Of a stretch of 64,000 bases of DNA, positions 18,418 to 30,291 are shown in pieces. A program made the translations under genes and the position numbers. The stretch is from a virus: the IMG/VR virus record IMGVR_UViG_3300020159_000786, positions 6,984 through 70,983 of that record; one strand, given 5' to 3'. The notes beneath the pieces were generated by a model. That model searched no databases. It was not told the origin of the DNA and was given only the letters and a program-made list of their open reading frames with translations. Positions within the stretch are counted from its first letter, which is position 1, and each line of letters starts with the position of its first letter.

Positions 18418-21400
18418 CTGATATCTCCATAGCATATATACTCATTAATGGGCCATCTTTTGTTCTACTATATGACATGTTGTATATAACAAACCTAACG
18501 TTTTCATTAACAAAAATATTCTTACCGTCTTTATCTTTGTAATAAATATTTACAATATCTCCAAGTTGCAATGTTGGTATTGGAAAAATGTCTAAACCTA
18601 TTGATTTTTTAGGATTTAAAGTTTTATCTACAATCCAACCCAAAAGAGATTCGGCATCTTGTTTATTTTGTACATATGGCAAATCTAATGTAAACTCTTT
18701 TTTTCCATACTTTGTTCTGCTTATTTTAATTTTATTATATTTATCTTGTTTTTTAACATTAGATCTTATTGTAGCGTCATCTAAATATTTATATTTTAAA
18801 AAATTGCTTTTATCAGAATAATAGTCATCTACAGTTATTGTATTTGTTGTTGATTGAGTAAATGCTACACCTTGAATTCTTAAATAATTTCCAGATGTTT
18901 CATCTAAACTAAGAACGGTGTCAGTTGCATTAAACAATAAAAATTCTGCACCATATGCATCTGGCAAAAATCCAGATACAGTGTATCCTTTTATTTTATT
19001 AAATGTTGGTGATATTTTTGCATATAATGCTGGGTATGCTTTATCGTATTTAATATTCATATAAGCACATTCACGCATAATTGATCCAAACTCATCAAAA
19101 TACATGCTGTACGCTGGTGGCTCATTTGAACTTAAACCAGATAAATATGTTGATTGAATAACTGAACTCATAGCATATTTTCTAAATGCATCATCTGATG
19201 TTATTTCTTGATTATCAAATATATTATTAAATGGTAAATCAATTTCTTGTGAAGTATTTTGTGAGTAGTTGCTAGTTAATGCAAATATATTTTCAAACAT
19301 AATTTTAGAAGAACCTCTTGTAAACAAGCACATGTTATTATATATTGGAAGTGGATTGTTATCATCTACGATTGCTATGATTTTGTTATTTACATATAAA
19401 TAAAATTTTCTAATATTTCCTACATCTATATACTCTACAGCAATATCATATACAGTAGGATTTTGTTCTCCAGTCATCCTATATTGTCCAGTAAACAATC
19501 CATCGTCAACAATTATGTTTGATGACCCAGACCATAGTTTTATAGGAACTGCAGTAGTACTATTACTATCTTTTAATATTTTATAAAAAACCATATTTGC
19601 AATATTTGATTCAGAAGCATACGAATTAATATTTGTATCTGTTAAAGCAATCATTTCAAAATAATACCCAACATTAGTGTTAGGGTTAACTAAAACACCT
19701 ATTCCTCCTGAGCCCCCACCAATACTAATATTTTGTGATGGGTTGGTTCCAGGAACTACATAATATGTTGTAGATCCTACAGGAGTTTGTCCACGAACCT
19801 CATTATTTTCTATTTTTCCAATAATTCTTAATCTTGTTCCAAAATGTTTAAACTTGTTATTTAATTCTTTGTTGACGTATGTTATATAATTAATTGAATC
19901 TTTATCTGTTGGAAAAACTGGTCCACTAAAAACTAATGCTGATGATTGTATAGATCCAGAACTAGTTGACAAAATTTCTTTTTTTGAATATTCTGAATTA
20001 TAGGAGTTACTCATAAAGTTTTTAATAATTCCAGACCTGTTGGACTGTTGAGCAATTACATTATCTAAACCAGCCTCACCGATGATGGTAGTTTTATCTA
20101 ATTCTTTATCTTGAAACAAATATTCAGCATACATGTTGCATGATCTTACATTATCATTATTTGTCCAATATGAATTTAATCCCGCTGTATGTGTTGCAAT
20201 CGTGGTTCCAAACTGACCTCTACCATTTTTTAAGATATCTCCGCTTTTTAACCTTAACTCATTATTTATTAATTCATAATCTGGTTCTGAATATATTCTT
20301 ACCAATCCTGTTGGATAAATTTTTCCATTAAAGGGGATGGTAGAAAAATAATATTCATATTCTTTGTCATTTGATATCCACACATTGCCTATTTTAGGTA
20401 TGTTATATTCTACCGCATCATATTTTATAATTTCTCCATTTGAATAAAAATATCCTTCATAATTGCTAATCCAATATACATTTTCTCCCAAATCTAAAAG
20501 ATTATTGACTACTGAGTTGTTAATAACTGACGGAACAGAGTCTGACAAGTTTGAATTTAATGGCATAGCACTTAAAACATAAGAAGACATAGAACTGGTA
20601 GAGTCATTCATAGTTTTTGTATTCTTTTTGCCAGACGCTTCCCATAAAAGTACTGGCTTGTAAATCCAATTTTTATCTTTATCTATAGAACTTGCTTGCT
20701 TGACAGATCCTAATGATTTTTGAACATATCTTGTAGTATAGTTAATTTTTCCATCATTAAATATTTTTTTATCAATAGAAGATATGTTAATAATATTTTC
20801 TTTTTTATTATTTTGAGAATCTTCATTTCCATATAATGTAAAAGATGTATCTCTTTGATTTATTTTTGGTAACATATATTCTTTACTCATCATAACAAAA
20901 TTATTATATTCATCAAAAAACATTGCATACTGTGATGAAATAGCAATATCGTTTAGCACTTGAGCAATAGTGGTATCTGAATTGCAAAAGAAAAATGGAA
21001 TAATTGTTTCGCTTTCTCCATCAATACTTTTAAAAACATAATTAGAAAAACCAACGTAATCCAATAAAGTTGAAACTACAAAACTTACAGAAACATTAGT
21101 AAAAAATAAACTTGGTGCTGCCAATGACTCAAAATAAAAATACATGTCTCTAAGTTCTATATCTATTGTTGCATCTTTAACATTACTTTGTGGCATACTG
21201 TCTGAATACATCGTTTTTATTGGAATCCACTGATTAAAACTTCTTAATAAATTATTTGCTTGAATAGATTCATAAAAATTAAACTTAACATTAATATCTA
21301 AAAATTCATTAATAATGCTATTTGTATTATTTTTATTAAATATTTGATTAAAATCAAAAATACTTAAATTTCCAGTAGAAGCAAGTAGTTGTCCAACTGG

Positions 21401-22678
21401 TAATCCGTTTGCTGTAGAATCTGATAAACTCTTGTTTATAGAATATTTTGAAACCATATCGGTTATGTCAGCATAAAGTCTTGGAGAAAGTTCTATTAGT
21501 TCAAAACAACTGTCAAATTTATTCATTGTTGTAACTACAATTCTAAGCCCATCAATATTTTCAAATTCTCTATATTTATTTTTATTAGTTTTAACATCAT
21601 AAAATTGAGGATAATCTATAAAACTTTTTAATAATTTTGTATTGCTTTGTATAGAATCTTCTTGTATACTCCAACCATAATTTGGAACATGTGTTTCATA
21701 TAAAGAACCATTCCATATGTATAAAGTTCCAAGATCATTCTCACTTGATATAAGTAAATATGCATTTCCAGTATTTGCACTATCTGGTATTTGACCAGTA
21801 TAAGAAATTGTATCAATTAATAAAAAGGTGTCCACATACTTACTTGGTGGTATTAATCCATACCCAATTTCTACATAACCATCTTCTTTTATTATTGAAG
21901 TTCCGTCATTTCTTTCTGATGATGAATCAAAATTTATGATATCTTCCCAGTTATTATTTATTAATTTTTGCACCTTCCAACTTATTGGTGTTGTTTGATT
22001 TGAATATCCATAAAATGGATCATCTATCTCTCCATATATTGTATTAAATGGACCTAAGTTTTTTGTTCCAACATGGGTTTGCATTTTAATAACAATCTTG
22101 TTAGTTGGTACACTTTTATTATAAATAACAAAAGGAGCAACATCGTCTATAAAATTTTGACCATTTTGTATATTTGTTGCAATTCCACACTCTTTATTGT
22201 TTTCAGTTCTATATGATGTCCAATATTTAAATAAATCTTTGTTACTGTGCATGTAATATCTTGGTCTTACTGCTAGATATTGATTGGTATTATGTAAATA
22301 ATTATTATTAAAATATCTAATTTTGTTTATTCCTGATCTAGGTCTAAACTTTTCAAAACAACTTTCTAAAGAATTTAACTGTTTTTCTTTATCTTTTTTT
22401 GATATAAATATTTGTGGTTCATCAAGATTATTAAATCCGCCATCTATTTCAATATCTGCATCTGTTGCATTTGTATAAAAGTTTCCATAATCATTTGGAT
22501 CATACGTATTATTTATTATATTATAAAGAGAGTTGCTTTCTAATGGTCTGTATCGATAGTTACCTACAGAAGATATATTTTCTGGATTATTAAAATTCCA
22601 CTCTGCTGTAACTTTTGAAATTGTACTTATACTATTTGAGGTTTCTAAGTAATTATTTATAACATTATTTGTAAACAT
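18410..22678 (-). CDS. Large minor tail protein (tail tip or hub)
   Basis: 1422 aa, two genes after the tape measure; C-terminal PTLQLGDIV hub-type motif. Confidence 0.7.
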   Translation of the reverse strand: MFTNNVINNYLETSNSISTISKVTAEWNFNNPENISSVGNYRYRPLESNSLYNIINNTYDPNDYGNFYTNATDADIEIDGGFNNLDEPQIFISKKDKEKQLNSLESCFEKFRPRSGINKIRYFNNNYLHNTNQYLAVRPRYYMHSNKDLFKYWTSYRTENNKECGIATNIQNGQNFIDDVAPFVIYNKSVPTNKIVIKMQTHVGTKNLGPFNTIYGEIDDPFYGYSNQTTPISWKVQKLINNNWEDIINFDSSSERNDGTSIIKEDGYVEIGYGLIPPSKYVDTFLLIDTISYTGQIPDSANTGNAYLLISSENDLGTLYIWNGSLYETHVPNYGWSIQEDSIQSNTKLLKSFIDYPQFYDVKTNKNKYREFENIDGLRIVVTTMNKFDSCFELIELSPRLYADITDMVSKYSINKSLSDSTANGLPVGQLLASTGNLSIFDFNQIFNKNNTNSIINEFLDINVKFNFYESIQANNLLRSFNQWIPIKTMYSDSMPQSNVKDATIDIELRDMYFYFESLAAPSLFFTNVSVSFVVSTLLDYVGFSNYVFKSIDGESETIIPFFFCNSDTTIAQVLNDIAISSQYAMFFDEYNNFVMMSKEYMLPKINQRDTSFTLYGNEDSQNNKKENIINISSIDKKIFNDGKINYTTRYVQKSLGSVKQASSIDKDKNWIYKPVLLWEASGKKNTKTMNDSTSSMSSYVLSAMPLNSNLSDSVPSVINNSVVNNLLDLGENVYWISNYEGYFYSNGEIIKYDAVEYNIPKIGNVWISNDKEYEYYFSTIPFNGKIYPTGLVRIYSEPDYELINNELRLKSGDILKNGRGQFGTTIATHTAGLNSYWTNNDNVRSCNMYAEYLFQDKELDKTTIIGEAGLDNVIAQQSNRSGIIKNFMSNSYNSEYSKKEILSTSSGSIQSSALVFSGPVFPTDKDSINYITYVNKELNNKFKHFGTRLRIIGKIENNEVRGQTPVGSTTYYVVPGTNPSQNISIGGGSGGIGVLVNPNTNVGYYFEMIALTDTNINSYASESNIANMVFYKILKDSNSTTAVPIKLWSGSSNIIVDDGLFTGQYRMTGEQNPTVYDIAVEYIDVGNIRKFYLYVNNKIIAIVDDNNPLPIYNNMCLFTRGSSKIMFENIFALTSNYSQNTSQEIDLPFNNIFDNQEITSDDAFRKYAMSSVIQSTYLSGLSSNEPPAYSMYFDEFGSIMRECAYMNIKYDKAYPALYAKISPTFNKIKGYTVSGFLPDAYGAEFLLFNATDTVLSLDETSGNYLRIQGVAFTQSTTNTITVDDYYSDKSNFLKYKYLDDATIRSNVKKQDKYNKIKISRTKYGKKEFTLDLPYVQNKQDAESLLGWIVDKTLNPKKSIGLDIFPIPTLQLGDIVNIYYKDKDGKNIFVNENVRFVIYNMSYSRTKDGPLMSIYAMEISDD

Positions 22679-23313
22679 TATGCTTCTACCAAATTTATAT
22701 TAATGTTCCAAAGATCGTAAGTTCCGCTTCCTCTCTTTACTACATCATAAGAAAAATCATTAAAAAATACTTCAACAACTTCTTGATATTCTTGCAATCT
22801 ATCATATGAACTCTCTCCAAGAGTGTTAAAGTTTGACCTTTTATCATAACACAAAAACATATAAAATGAGCCAGTTTGATTTTTATACCAGTCTAGTAAC
22901 TCGTTACCACCTGCACCACCATCTACCGTATGTGCTATTATTCCTTCAGGAACTTCTCCACTTATTGGATCAAAAGAGGGCCTATCACTATATGCTCTTG
23001 ATGGAAAATTTGTCCAAGACAAACTGAATGATCTTTTATCTGCTATGTGGTAAGATCTCATTTTTCCATTTATCATTCTTTGTTTTTGCTCTACTCTTTC
23101 ATTTGTTATGTCAATTGGCCCACGATTATGATCACTTAATATGATAAAAAAATCACTACCTTGTTCTGGAGAATCTGTATCTATTTCATATCCGTTTGGA
23201 ACGTATATATTACCTAAATCTGTAGATACTTTGCTTCCTGGATTATTAGAAAAAAGAACAGCCTGTGGTCTGTAGTATTTTTTTCTATTATTCATATATA
23301 CTAAATTAGCCAT
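22678..23313 (-). CDS. Distal tail (Dit-like) protein
   Basis: Directly after the tape measure; RMINGKMR...SLSW...WNININLVE. Confidence 0.6.
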   Translation of the reverse strand: MANLVYMNNRKKYYRPQAVLFSNNPGSKVSTDLGNIYVPNGYEIDTDSPEQGSDFFIILSDHNRGPIDITNERVEQKQRMINGKMRSYHIADKRSFSLSWTNFPSRAYSDRPSFDPISGEVPEGIIAHTVDGGAGGNELLDWYKNQTGSFYMFLCYDKRSNFNTLGESSYDRLQEYQEVVEVFFNDFSYDVVKRGSGTYDLWNININLVEA

Positions 23314-26300
23314 TATATTCTATTCCCCTTGATTCTTTGAGAATCTATTTGTTTAATCTGCATCATTACCGTTCTAGCAATTTCGTTAGGATTTGCATCA
23401 GATTTAACATTAACATTCAGATTATAATTATACACTGAAGAAGACATAGGGGCTTCGCCTTTATTAATTGCCCTTAGATTATCTACTCCAAATTTATCTA
23501 CACCATACTTACTTACAATAAACTCTCCAGGAGTTAACATTGCTGGAACGGTATCTGTGCCAACGGCAAAACCACCTGAAGCAAAATATTTATTTTTAAT
23601 TTTACTACCCAACGTAGCACCCAACGTAGTAAGGCTGTTTGGTTTTCCTAAAATATTAAGGCCGCTTGTTTTTCCTAAAGTACTAGAGCCGCTTGTTTTT
23701 ACTGGAGCATAAAAGTTTGGAGTATAGGCATAAGCGTAGATATTCGATGTTTGAGTTTTTTTAGGATCTAGTTTTTTAGGATCTATTTTTTTAGGATCTA
23801 GTTTTGTATCTACTGGTGGTGGGGGCGGCCCAGTATCAGCAGGAGGTCCTGGAATGGTTGTGCCAGAGTATCTCGCAAGTTGTTCTATAACTCTAGTCCA
23901 CATAGCATCAATTTCAGTTATGGTTGTCAAAGAGTCTTGCAATACTTTGTTATATTTTCCTGAAGCAGTTGTTGCTACATCAATTCGTACTTTTTGATCT
24001 TCCCATTGTTGTTTAGTCATTCCAGCAATGGTTAGTCCTTCTACCTGCTTTTCAATTTGTTTGTTAATTGTATCTAGTTGTACTTGTGCTAATCTTGCTT
24101 GCTCTTGTAATGGTGCAATTGTGTCTTGTTCAATTCTATAATTTTGTTTTTTTATTGCATTTACTTTTGCTTCTAGTTGATCTCTTGTTAATCCACCAGC
24201 AGTAAGTCTGTTAATTTGAGCATCTCTTGCTGCTTCCATTCCTGCTCTTTGTTGAGTAATTGCATCTTGAGCACTTTGTGCACGAAGTTCTTGAACTGCT
24301 CTTGCAGCAGCAAAAATATCTCCTTGTGATAATGCCTGAGCAACTGAAAGTCTTCCTTGTTCTTGTCTTGCAATAACTTCGTTGATTTTATTAATCTTAT
24401 CTAATGATTCAAACTGCTTTTCATATCTTTCGTTTATCTTTTCTGCTTGATCATCAATAGTTTTTAATCCATCCTCATATCTACTAATTTGATAATTATT
24501 TGTATCTATGATATTTTGTGCGGATTTTATTTGTTCTTCTGCATTTTTAATTATTAATTCTTGTTTGCTTGTTTCTGCCCTTCTTTGCATTTTTATTAAT
24601 TTTTCTTGAACATCAAAGAATTTATTGGCAGCATCATATCCAGGATCAAACGCTTGTGCATATTCTCCAAATTTAAAGAATGTCCTTAGTTTTTCAAGAT
24701 TAGATTTATTAGTTATATCAATAATCTTTTGCATATCTTTTCCAAGTTTATTAGTTGCTACTGATGAAGCAAATGCTGAATCTTGAACTGCATCATATGC
24801 ACTTGAAACATCCATTCCCGCTGCTGTTAATTTTTCAAATGCTAAGGCTTGGTTTTTAGCATCTGCAATATTCTTTTCTTGTTGATTTTGATATTCTCCA
24901 ATGGCAATTGCATCAATAACCTTTTGTAATGTTTCTATATCCTTAAACAAACCTTTATATTTATCATAATCATCTGGAGACAATCCAGTAATAAAATCGA
25001 TAACGCTTTGTGATGCCCCCTGCCCTCTAAGTTTTTGTGCCAAACCTTGAAATCCTTCAATGCCACGTTTAACTAAATTCTTTAATGCTGATGCTGATGA
25101 TTCCCAACCAATTGTAAGTTCTTGGGTAGCAGATCTTACTTCTCTTATCTTCTTTACTAGTTCATCTAGTGGCGATGATGTTGGTCCTGTACCGCCGAAA
25201 TCCTCACCCAATTCACCTGTGTTAACAGCCTCAGCCTCTACGCTAACCTTTGTTACTTGTTGAGCACCCTGAATCATATACTGTTCTGGCGATGCACCTG
25301 GGTTTGCTCTTTGCCATGCCAAAAATTCTGGACTATTGTTTCCAGTTACTTCTGCCATCGTAGTCAATGTTTGTAAATAAATCTTTTGTTGTTCTGGTGG
25401 AAGACTCATAAAATATTCTTGATCTTGCCTTAATGCTTCCATTTCTTCAGCACCAAGTATGCTTGCTGCTATTGTTAAATCAATTTTACCCTTTTGTGCT
25501 TTTATATCTGCTATTGTTTGTTCTAGTCTAGTAGCAACTTCAGGATTTTTTTGTAAAAATTCTACAGCAATTCCAGTATTTAACACTTCTCCAGTTTTTG
25601 TAATGTCTGCAAAGAAAGTCAACATCTTTTGTGCTTCTTTTGGAGTCTTTGTAGATATGTCTGCTACAAACTTTGTTTGTGCTTTCTTGTTTGGATCTCC
25701 ATTTTTATCTTGAAATGCGGATATAACTTGCACTGCTTGGTCTGCAAACTTTCCACCAAATTTTGTAGTTATATCAATGACCTTTGAAAGAGTTTCTTTA
25801 TCTTCTCCAAATTGTTCAAATAGTGATACTACTTGCATTGGATCTATTTGACCACTTGCTAACTGAAACTTTATTGTATATTGTTGTTCTTCTTTTAGTC
25901 CAGCACCGCTTATCATATCTGTTGCAAGTGGAACAATATCTTCTGATGCTGTTCCTTTATACTTTGCAGTTATTGCTTTATCTACTCCAGTCATCAATGC
26001 ATTTTGAACTGCACCACTAGCGTTTGCATAATTGTTTTGAATATCCATAGTTAATTGCGTGCCTTTTTCCAACATGGCTGCTTTTGCTTCTTCTTGTTTT
26101 AATATTAACTCATTTGCTTTTATAGTATCCCCCATTGCACGAGCAGATTCAATTCTTTTTTCATACTCTAAATCTAATGAGTCCATCAACTGTTGCTGTT
26201 GCTCTACTGCTATTTTTTGTATTGCAATAGATGCACCTGATGCTTCTCCAAGTCTTTTTTGTCTGTCTTTCATTGCATAAATTCCACCAGCAACCATTCC

Positions 26301-29300
26301 AACACCTGCACCAATTGCTGTACCAATTCCTGGAACAAATGATCCAGTTGCTGCACCCAATGTTAAGCCAGTTGCAAGACCACCAGCAATTCCTCCACCT
26401 ACACCATACAAAGCACTTTTTCCGTAATCAGAAGTCTTTGGAACACCATTGCTACCTAACATTCTATTTGCAGTTCCCATTGTCTTTCTTGTTTCATCTA
26501 TCATTTTTATTCTTACTGCCAAAGGATCTTTATTTAAGTTTTCACCATTTGGTCCAATCAAATCAATTACTTTTGCATTAACCTGTATGCCAAAAGAATA
26601 ATCTCCAAGTTCTTGTGCTATATTTTGTGCAACACTTCTTGCTTGGGCTGCAGTTAATGCTCCAGAAGAAACTGCTGTTGCTAATTGATTTACAAGTTGT
26701 GACTGTGCTCCTGAACGTCCACTTGTTTTTATTGATTCTCCAATAGATTTGATTAATTGTTTTCCTAAGTCTGATTGAACAAAACTTTGACCAAAGGTAG
26801 TTTTACCAGTTTGTATTTGAAATGGACTTAGTAAGTTTTGACGTCTTCTATCCATAATTTCAGTTGCTGTTACTTTGCCAGAAAATTTAGCAAATTCATC
26901 CATTGCTTTTTTGCCAGAACCAAGTGATTCTCCCAACTTAAGTGCTGCATCTTGTGCCGAATTAAATGCTTTTTTAACTGAGTAAATTGCAGCACCCAAT
27001 CCTGCTAGAACTAATGCAATGCCAGCAAATTTTGCAGGTAGCATAGATAGTATTGATGTTGCTGCTAACAAAGGACCAATAAGTTTTTGAGCAGTATCGC
27101 CTACCTGACCAGGGAGCATTGATGCACCCATTGCAAGGGTGCTAACTCCCATAGCAACTCCGCCTGTGCTAAATCTTCGTGTTTTTCTATCATCCATAAC
27201 ACCTTTGTTTGGATTGTATGGACTTGTTGGTCCAACCACACCTCTATTTAATTGTGAAAGTTGTGATTGTGGCATATTGTAAGCACCTTGAACAGTGCTA
27301 AGTGCTAACTTTTGTCCAGCAAATCTTGCATCATCTACATATTCTTGAGCACCTAAAATAAAACCTCTTGCCATATCTTTTCCAGATTCTTTAGTTTTTT
27401 TAGATGGTGAACTAATTTGTGCTGCTTGTTTAATTCCAACAAGAACGTCTTCTACTACACTAACGCCTAACTGTCTGGCTACGTTTTGTACTTGTTTTGA
27501 TTTTCCAGGGTTATTTAATAATTCTCTAATTGGCATTTGAGTAGGTCCATAAACATGACCCATTTGCATATTTTCAGCACCCATTCCAGTTCTTCTACCA
27601 TATAATGCTTTTGCTGATTTTCTAAGTTCTGAGTATGATGATGGTGCTCCAGATGACTTAAGGAATGCACCTCGACGAGAACGATTGTTTGCTACATCTG
27701 TTGATATGGTTCCATAAAAGTCTGGATCTAGTCCAAATGTTTTTCTAACTACACCTTTATCAACATCTTTTGTAATTTGATTAACATCTGATTCTACTGA
27801 CTTTCCTGCAGCAGTCCAAGACTTTTTAAATCTTTCGTTAGTATCTTGTATACTTGCATAAGTTTCATCAAATTCTATATTTAACCTATCAACAAATTTT
27901 TGAGTAATTGATTCATATTCGTTCATTATTGGATCAAAACTTCCTTGTCCTACTTGTGACATTGAAGGTGATATACCTCTTGCTTCTCCAACCCTTAATG
28001 CTAATGGAGATAATACTTGTGCAACATTAGCAATTCCAGATGCTCTTTGACTCATGTTTTCACTTGCATTTTGTAATCTAATTGCATATTCTGGATAAAC
28101 ACCAACATTAGGATTTCCATTTTCAAAACCAGGTATGTTTCCTGCAATAATGCCCTTTACTAAACCAGAATATTTTTTATTTTTGTCTGCTGGAATAACT
28201 GCTTCTCCTGGAGAAAGCATTGAAGGTATTATATCTCCTGCCCCCTTTGGTCCTGGCACACTTACGATGCCTTTGGCAAATCCCATTCTTGGTTGATTTG
28301 CAATACCTTTTCCTATTGAAAAATTAGTTGCAGCAGAGTTTGCTTGATTGTATGCACTTGCTAATGCTTTTACTGCCTGAGTTTCTGAAGTAAATCTTTG
28401 AGTTAAGTTTGCATGTGCTTGATCTAGTGAGGAGGCAACAGCCGCAGCCTCCAACTGTTCTTGTGTCAAGTAATTAACTTGTTCTCCAAGATACATACTA
28501 GATGTTCCAGCCTTATTAAATACAGACTTTACTCCAGTAAAAAGTTTAATAATGTTTGCTACACCGTTAGCCAACAAACCAAATGACATGATTGCTATTG
28601 GACCTATGCCAGCCAATAAAGTTGTCAAATATACTACAAACTGTTTTGTACCGTCGCTAAGATTATCAAAACGCTTTAAAAGTTTACCAAAAAACTCTAT
28701 TACTGGTGTAAGTGCTTTTAAGAACTGTTCGCCAATTGGAACTATTGCTGTTTTAAGATCTTGAACTTGCTTTTTAAATTTATACATTGGTGATTCAGAA
28801 ATTTTATTTAATTCTCGTTCAGACAATATTGCAAGTTCTTCTACGGTGGCAGTGGTTAACTCAGCAACAGTTTGTGCTTGAGTACCTTCTTTAATAACGT
28901 TTTGAAATAACGTAGATATACGTGAAAATTGAAACTTACCAAATAGTTGTTCGATTGCTCTAGCACGATTAAGTGGATCTAGTGTGTCTAATGCACTTGC
29001 TACGTCTACAACAAGTTGTTTAACATTACCCTGATTTGCATCTACTATTCCTTTTATATTAATGCCAAAGCCAGCAAGAAACTCTGATGCTCTTTTGGTT
29101 GGATTGATAATAGAAGCCAAACCAGATTTTAATGCGTTAGCACCTTCTCCAGCCTGAATACCACCTTCACGCATAGCAGTCATAAAGAATGCTAAGTCTT
29201 TAACATCTCCACCAAGTTGCTTAATTACTGGTGCTGCTTTAGGAATTGCTGTTGTTAAATCATCAATACTTAGAATTGTTTGGTTTTCTACTGCGTTTAA

Positions 29301-30266
29301 GAAGTCAATTTGTTGTGCAGTCTTTTCTGCAGTAATTCCAAAAGTAGAAGTTAAAGAAATTAGGGTGTCCAAAGATTTTTGTTGATCAATGCCACCAAGT
29401 ACAGCAAGTTTATTTGCTTGGGCAACCTGAACTAATAAATCATTTCCAACTTTACCTGTTGCTGCAACATCTGCAGCCATTTTCATAGTATCTGCAACCG
29501 CTACTCCATATTTAGTAAATTCATTTGCTAGTAATTGAACATTTTTTAATGCTTTTGTTGTTTCAGCACTAGTTGTAAACATGTCTCCGTAAACACGCTT
29601 AAATCTTATTGCTTGCTCTTCCAATTCCATAAATGTTTTTGCAGCAACTGATCCAAAATATGTTAATGGAATTGTAAAACCAACCATTAACTGTCTACCA
29701 GCCCACTGAGTATTCTTACCAAAATTTAATAACTGTGTAGATCCCTGTCTAAGTAGTTGATTTAACAATGCTTGCTTTTGTGCAGCCATTGCAGTTTTAG
29801 TTGCATAGTCATTCATGTCCAATGCTAATGGACGAATAGACATTGCCTTAAGTGCACTATTTGCATCTCTACCCATTTTAATATATTGGGTTTGTAATGT
29901 TTTTACATTTTCTCTTACAACTTTATTAATTGTATCAAACTCTGTTTTAAATAACTTACCAAAAGTTTTAGTTGAGGCACCAGCATACTTAAAGTATTGC
30001 CCCATTGTAAATTTATTTTTTTCTAATGAATCATTAAATGTATCTGTAGTTGTTTTTATTTTTTTCATTTCGGCATAGAATTTGCCGCCAGCATTTATCT
30101 GATTAACTAAGTTTTGTGCCATGTTTTGGGAAACCGCAGTACCTGCGGCCCCAGTTTTGGCCATTGTAGAATAAAAGGCTGATAGTTGACGCTGTAACGC
30201 TTTTAATTGCCGCAACGCTTCGTCAGCATCAACTCCAATTTTAATATTGGATTCTACATCAGCCAT
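23313..30266 (-). CDS. Tail tape measure protein
   Basis: 2317 aa, Ala/Gly-rich helical, TP901-type TMP core, hydrophobic segments, D.[IV]P[SA]ML[ST]PGE motif twice. Confidence 0.93.
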   Translation of the reverse strand: MADVESNIKIGVDADEALRQLKALQRQLSAFYSTMAKTGAAGTAVSQNMAQNLVNQINAGGKFYAEMKKIKTTTDTFNDSLEKNKFTMGQYFKYAGASTKTFGKLFKTEFDTINKVVRENVKTLQTQYIKMGRDANSALKAMSIRPLALDMNDYATKTAMAAQKQALLNQLLRQGSTQLLNFGKNTQWAGRQLMVGFTIPLTYFGSVAAKTFMELEEQAIRFKRVYGDMFTTSAETTKALKNVQLLANEFTKYGVAVADTMKMAADVAATGKVGNDLLVQVAQANKLAVLGGIDQQKSLDTLISLTSTFGITAEKTAQQIDFLNAVENQTILSIDDLTTAIPKAAPVIKQLGGDVKDLAFFMTAMREGGIQAGEGANALKSGLASIINPTKRASEFLAGFGINIKGIVDANQGNVKQLVVDVASALDTLDPLNRARAIEQLFGKFQFSRISTLFQNVIKEGTQAQTVAELTTATVEELAILSERELNKISESPMYKFKKQVQDLKTAIVPIGEQFLKALTPVIEFFGKLLKRFDNLSDGTKQFVVYLTTLLAGIGPIAIMSFGLLANGVANIIKLFTGVKSVFNKAGTSSMYLGEQVNYLTQEQLEAAAVASSLDQAHANLTQRFTSETQAVKALASAYNQANSAATNFSIGKGIANQPRMGFAKGIVSVPGPKGAGDIIPSMLSPGEAVIPADKNKKYSGLVKGIIAGNIPGFENGNPNVGVYPEYAIRLQNASENMSQRASGIANVAQVLSPLALRVGEARGISPSMSQVGQGSFDPIMNEYESITQKFVDRLNIEFDETYASIQDTNERFKKSWTAAGKSVESDVNQITKDVDKGVVRKTFGLDPDFYGTISTDVANNRSRRGAFLKSSGAPSSYSELRKSAKALYGRRTGMGAENMQMGHVYGPTQMPIRELLNNPGKSKQVQNVARQLGVSVVEDVLVGIKQAAQISSPSKKTKESGKDMARGFILGAQEYVDDARFAGQKLALSTVQGAYNMPQSQLSQLNRGVVGPTSPYNPNKGVMDDRKTRRFSTGGVAMGVSTLAMGASMLPGQVGDTAQKLIGPLLAATSILSMLPAKFAGIALVLAGLGAAIYSVKKAFNSAQDAALKLGESLGSGKKAMDEFAKFSGKVTATEIMDRRRQNLLSPFQIQTGKTTFGQSFVQSDLGKQLIKSIGESIKTSGRSGAQSQLVNQLATAVSSGALTAAQARSVAQNIAQELGDYSFGIQVNAKVIDLIGPNGENLNKDPLAVRIKMIDETRKTMGTANRMLGSNGVPKTSDYGKSALYGVGGGIAGGLATGLTLGAATGSFVPGIGTAIGAGVGMVAGGIYAMKDRQKRLGEASGASIAIQKIAVEQQQQLMDSLDLEYEKRIESARAMGDTIKANELILKQEEAKAAMLEKGTQLTMDIQNNYANASGAVQNALMTGVDKAITAKYKGTASEDIVPLATDMISGAGLKEEQQYTIKFQLASGQIDPMQVVSLFEQFGEDKETLSKVIDITTKFGGKFADQAVQVISAFQDKNGDPNKKAQTKFVADISTKTPKEAQKMLTFFADITKTGEVLNTGIAVEFLQKNPEVATRLEQTIADIKAQKGKIDLTIAASILGAEEMEALRQDQEYFMSLPPEQQKIYLQTLTTMAEVTGNNSPEFLAWQRANPGASPEQYMIQGAQQVTKVSVEAEAVNTGELGEDFGGTGPTSSPLDELVKKIREVRSATQELTIGWESSASALKNLVKRGIEGFQGLAQKLRGQGASQSVIDFITGLSPDDYDKYKGLFKDIETLQKVIDAIAIGEYQNQQEKNIADAKNQALAFEKLTAAGMDVSSAYDAVQDSAFASSVATNKLGKDMQKIIDITNKSNLEKLRTFFKFGEYAQAFDPGYDAANKFFDVQEKLIKMQRRAETSKQELIIKNAEEQIKSAQNIIDTNNYQISRYEDGLKTIDDQAEKINERYEKQFESLDKINKINEVIARQEQGRLSVAQALSQGDIFAAARAVQELRAQSAQDAITQQRAGMEAARDAQINRLTAGGLTRDQLEAKVNAIKKQNYRIEQDTIAPLQEQARLAQVQLDTINKQIEKQVEGLTIAGMTKQQWEDQKVRIDVATTASGKYNKVLQDSLTTITEIDAMWTRVIEQLARYSGTTIPGPPADTGPPPPPVDTKLDPKKIDPKKLDPKKTQTSNIYAYAYTPNFYAPVKTSGSSTLGKTSGLNILGKPNSLTTLGATLGSKIKNKYFASGGFAVGTDTVPAMLTPGEFIVSKYGVDKFGVDNLRAINKGEAPMSSSVYNYNLNVNVKSDANPNEIARTVMMQIKQIDSQRIKGNRI

Positions 30267-30291
30267 TCATTCTTACCTCTTTATTTTTTAT

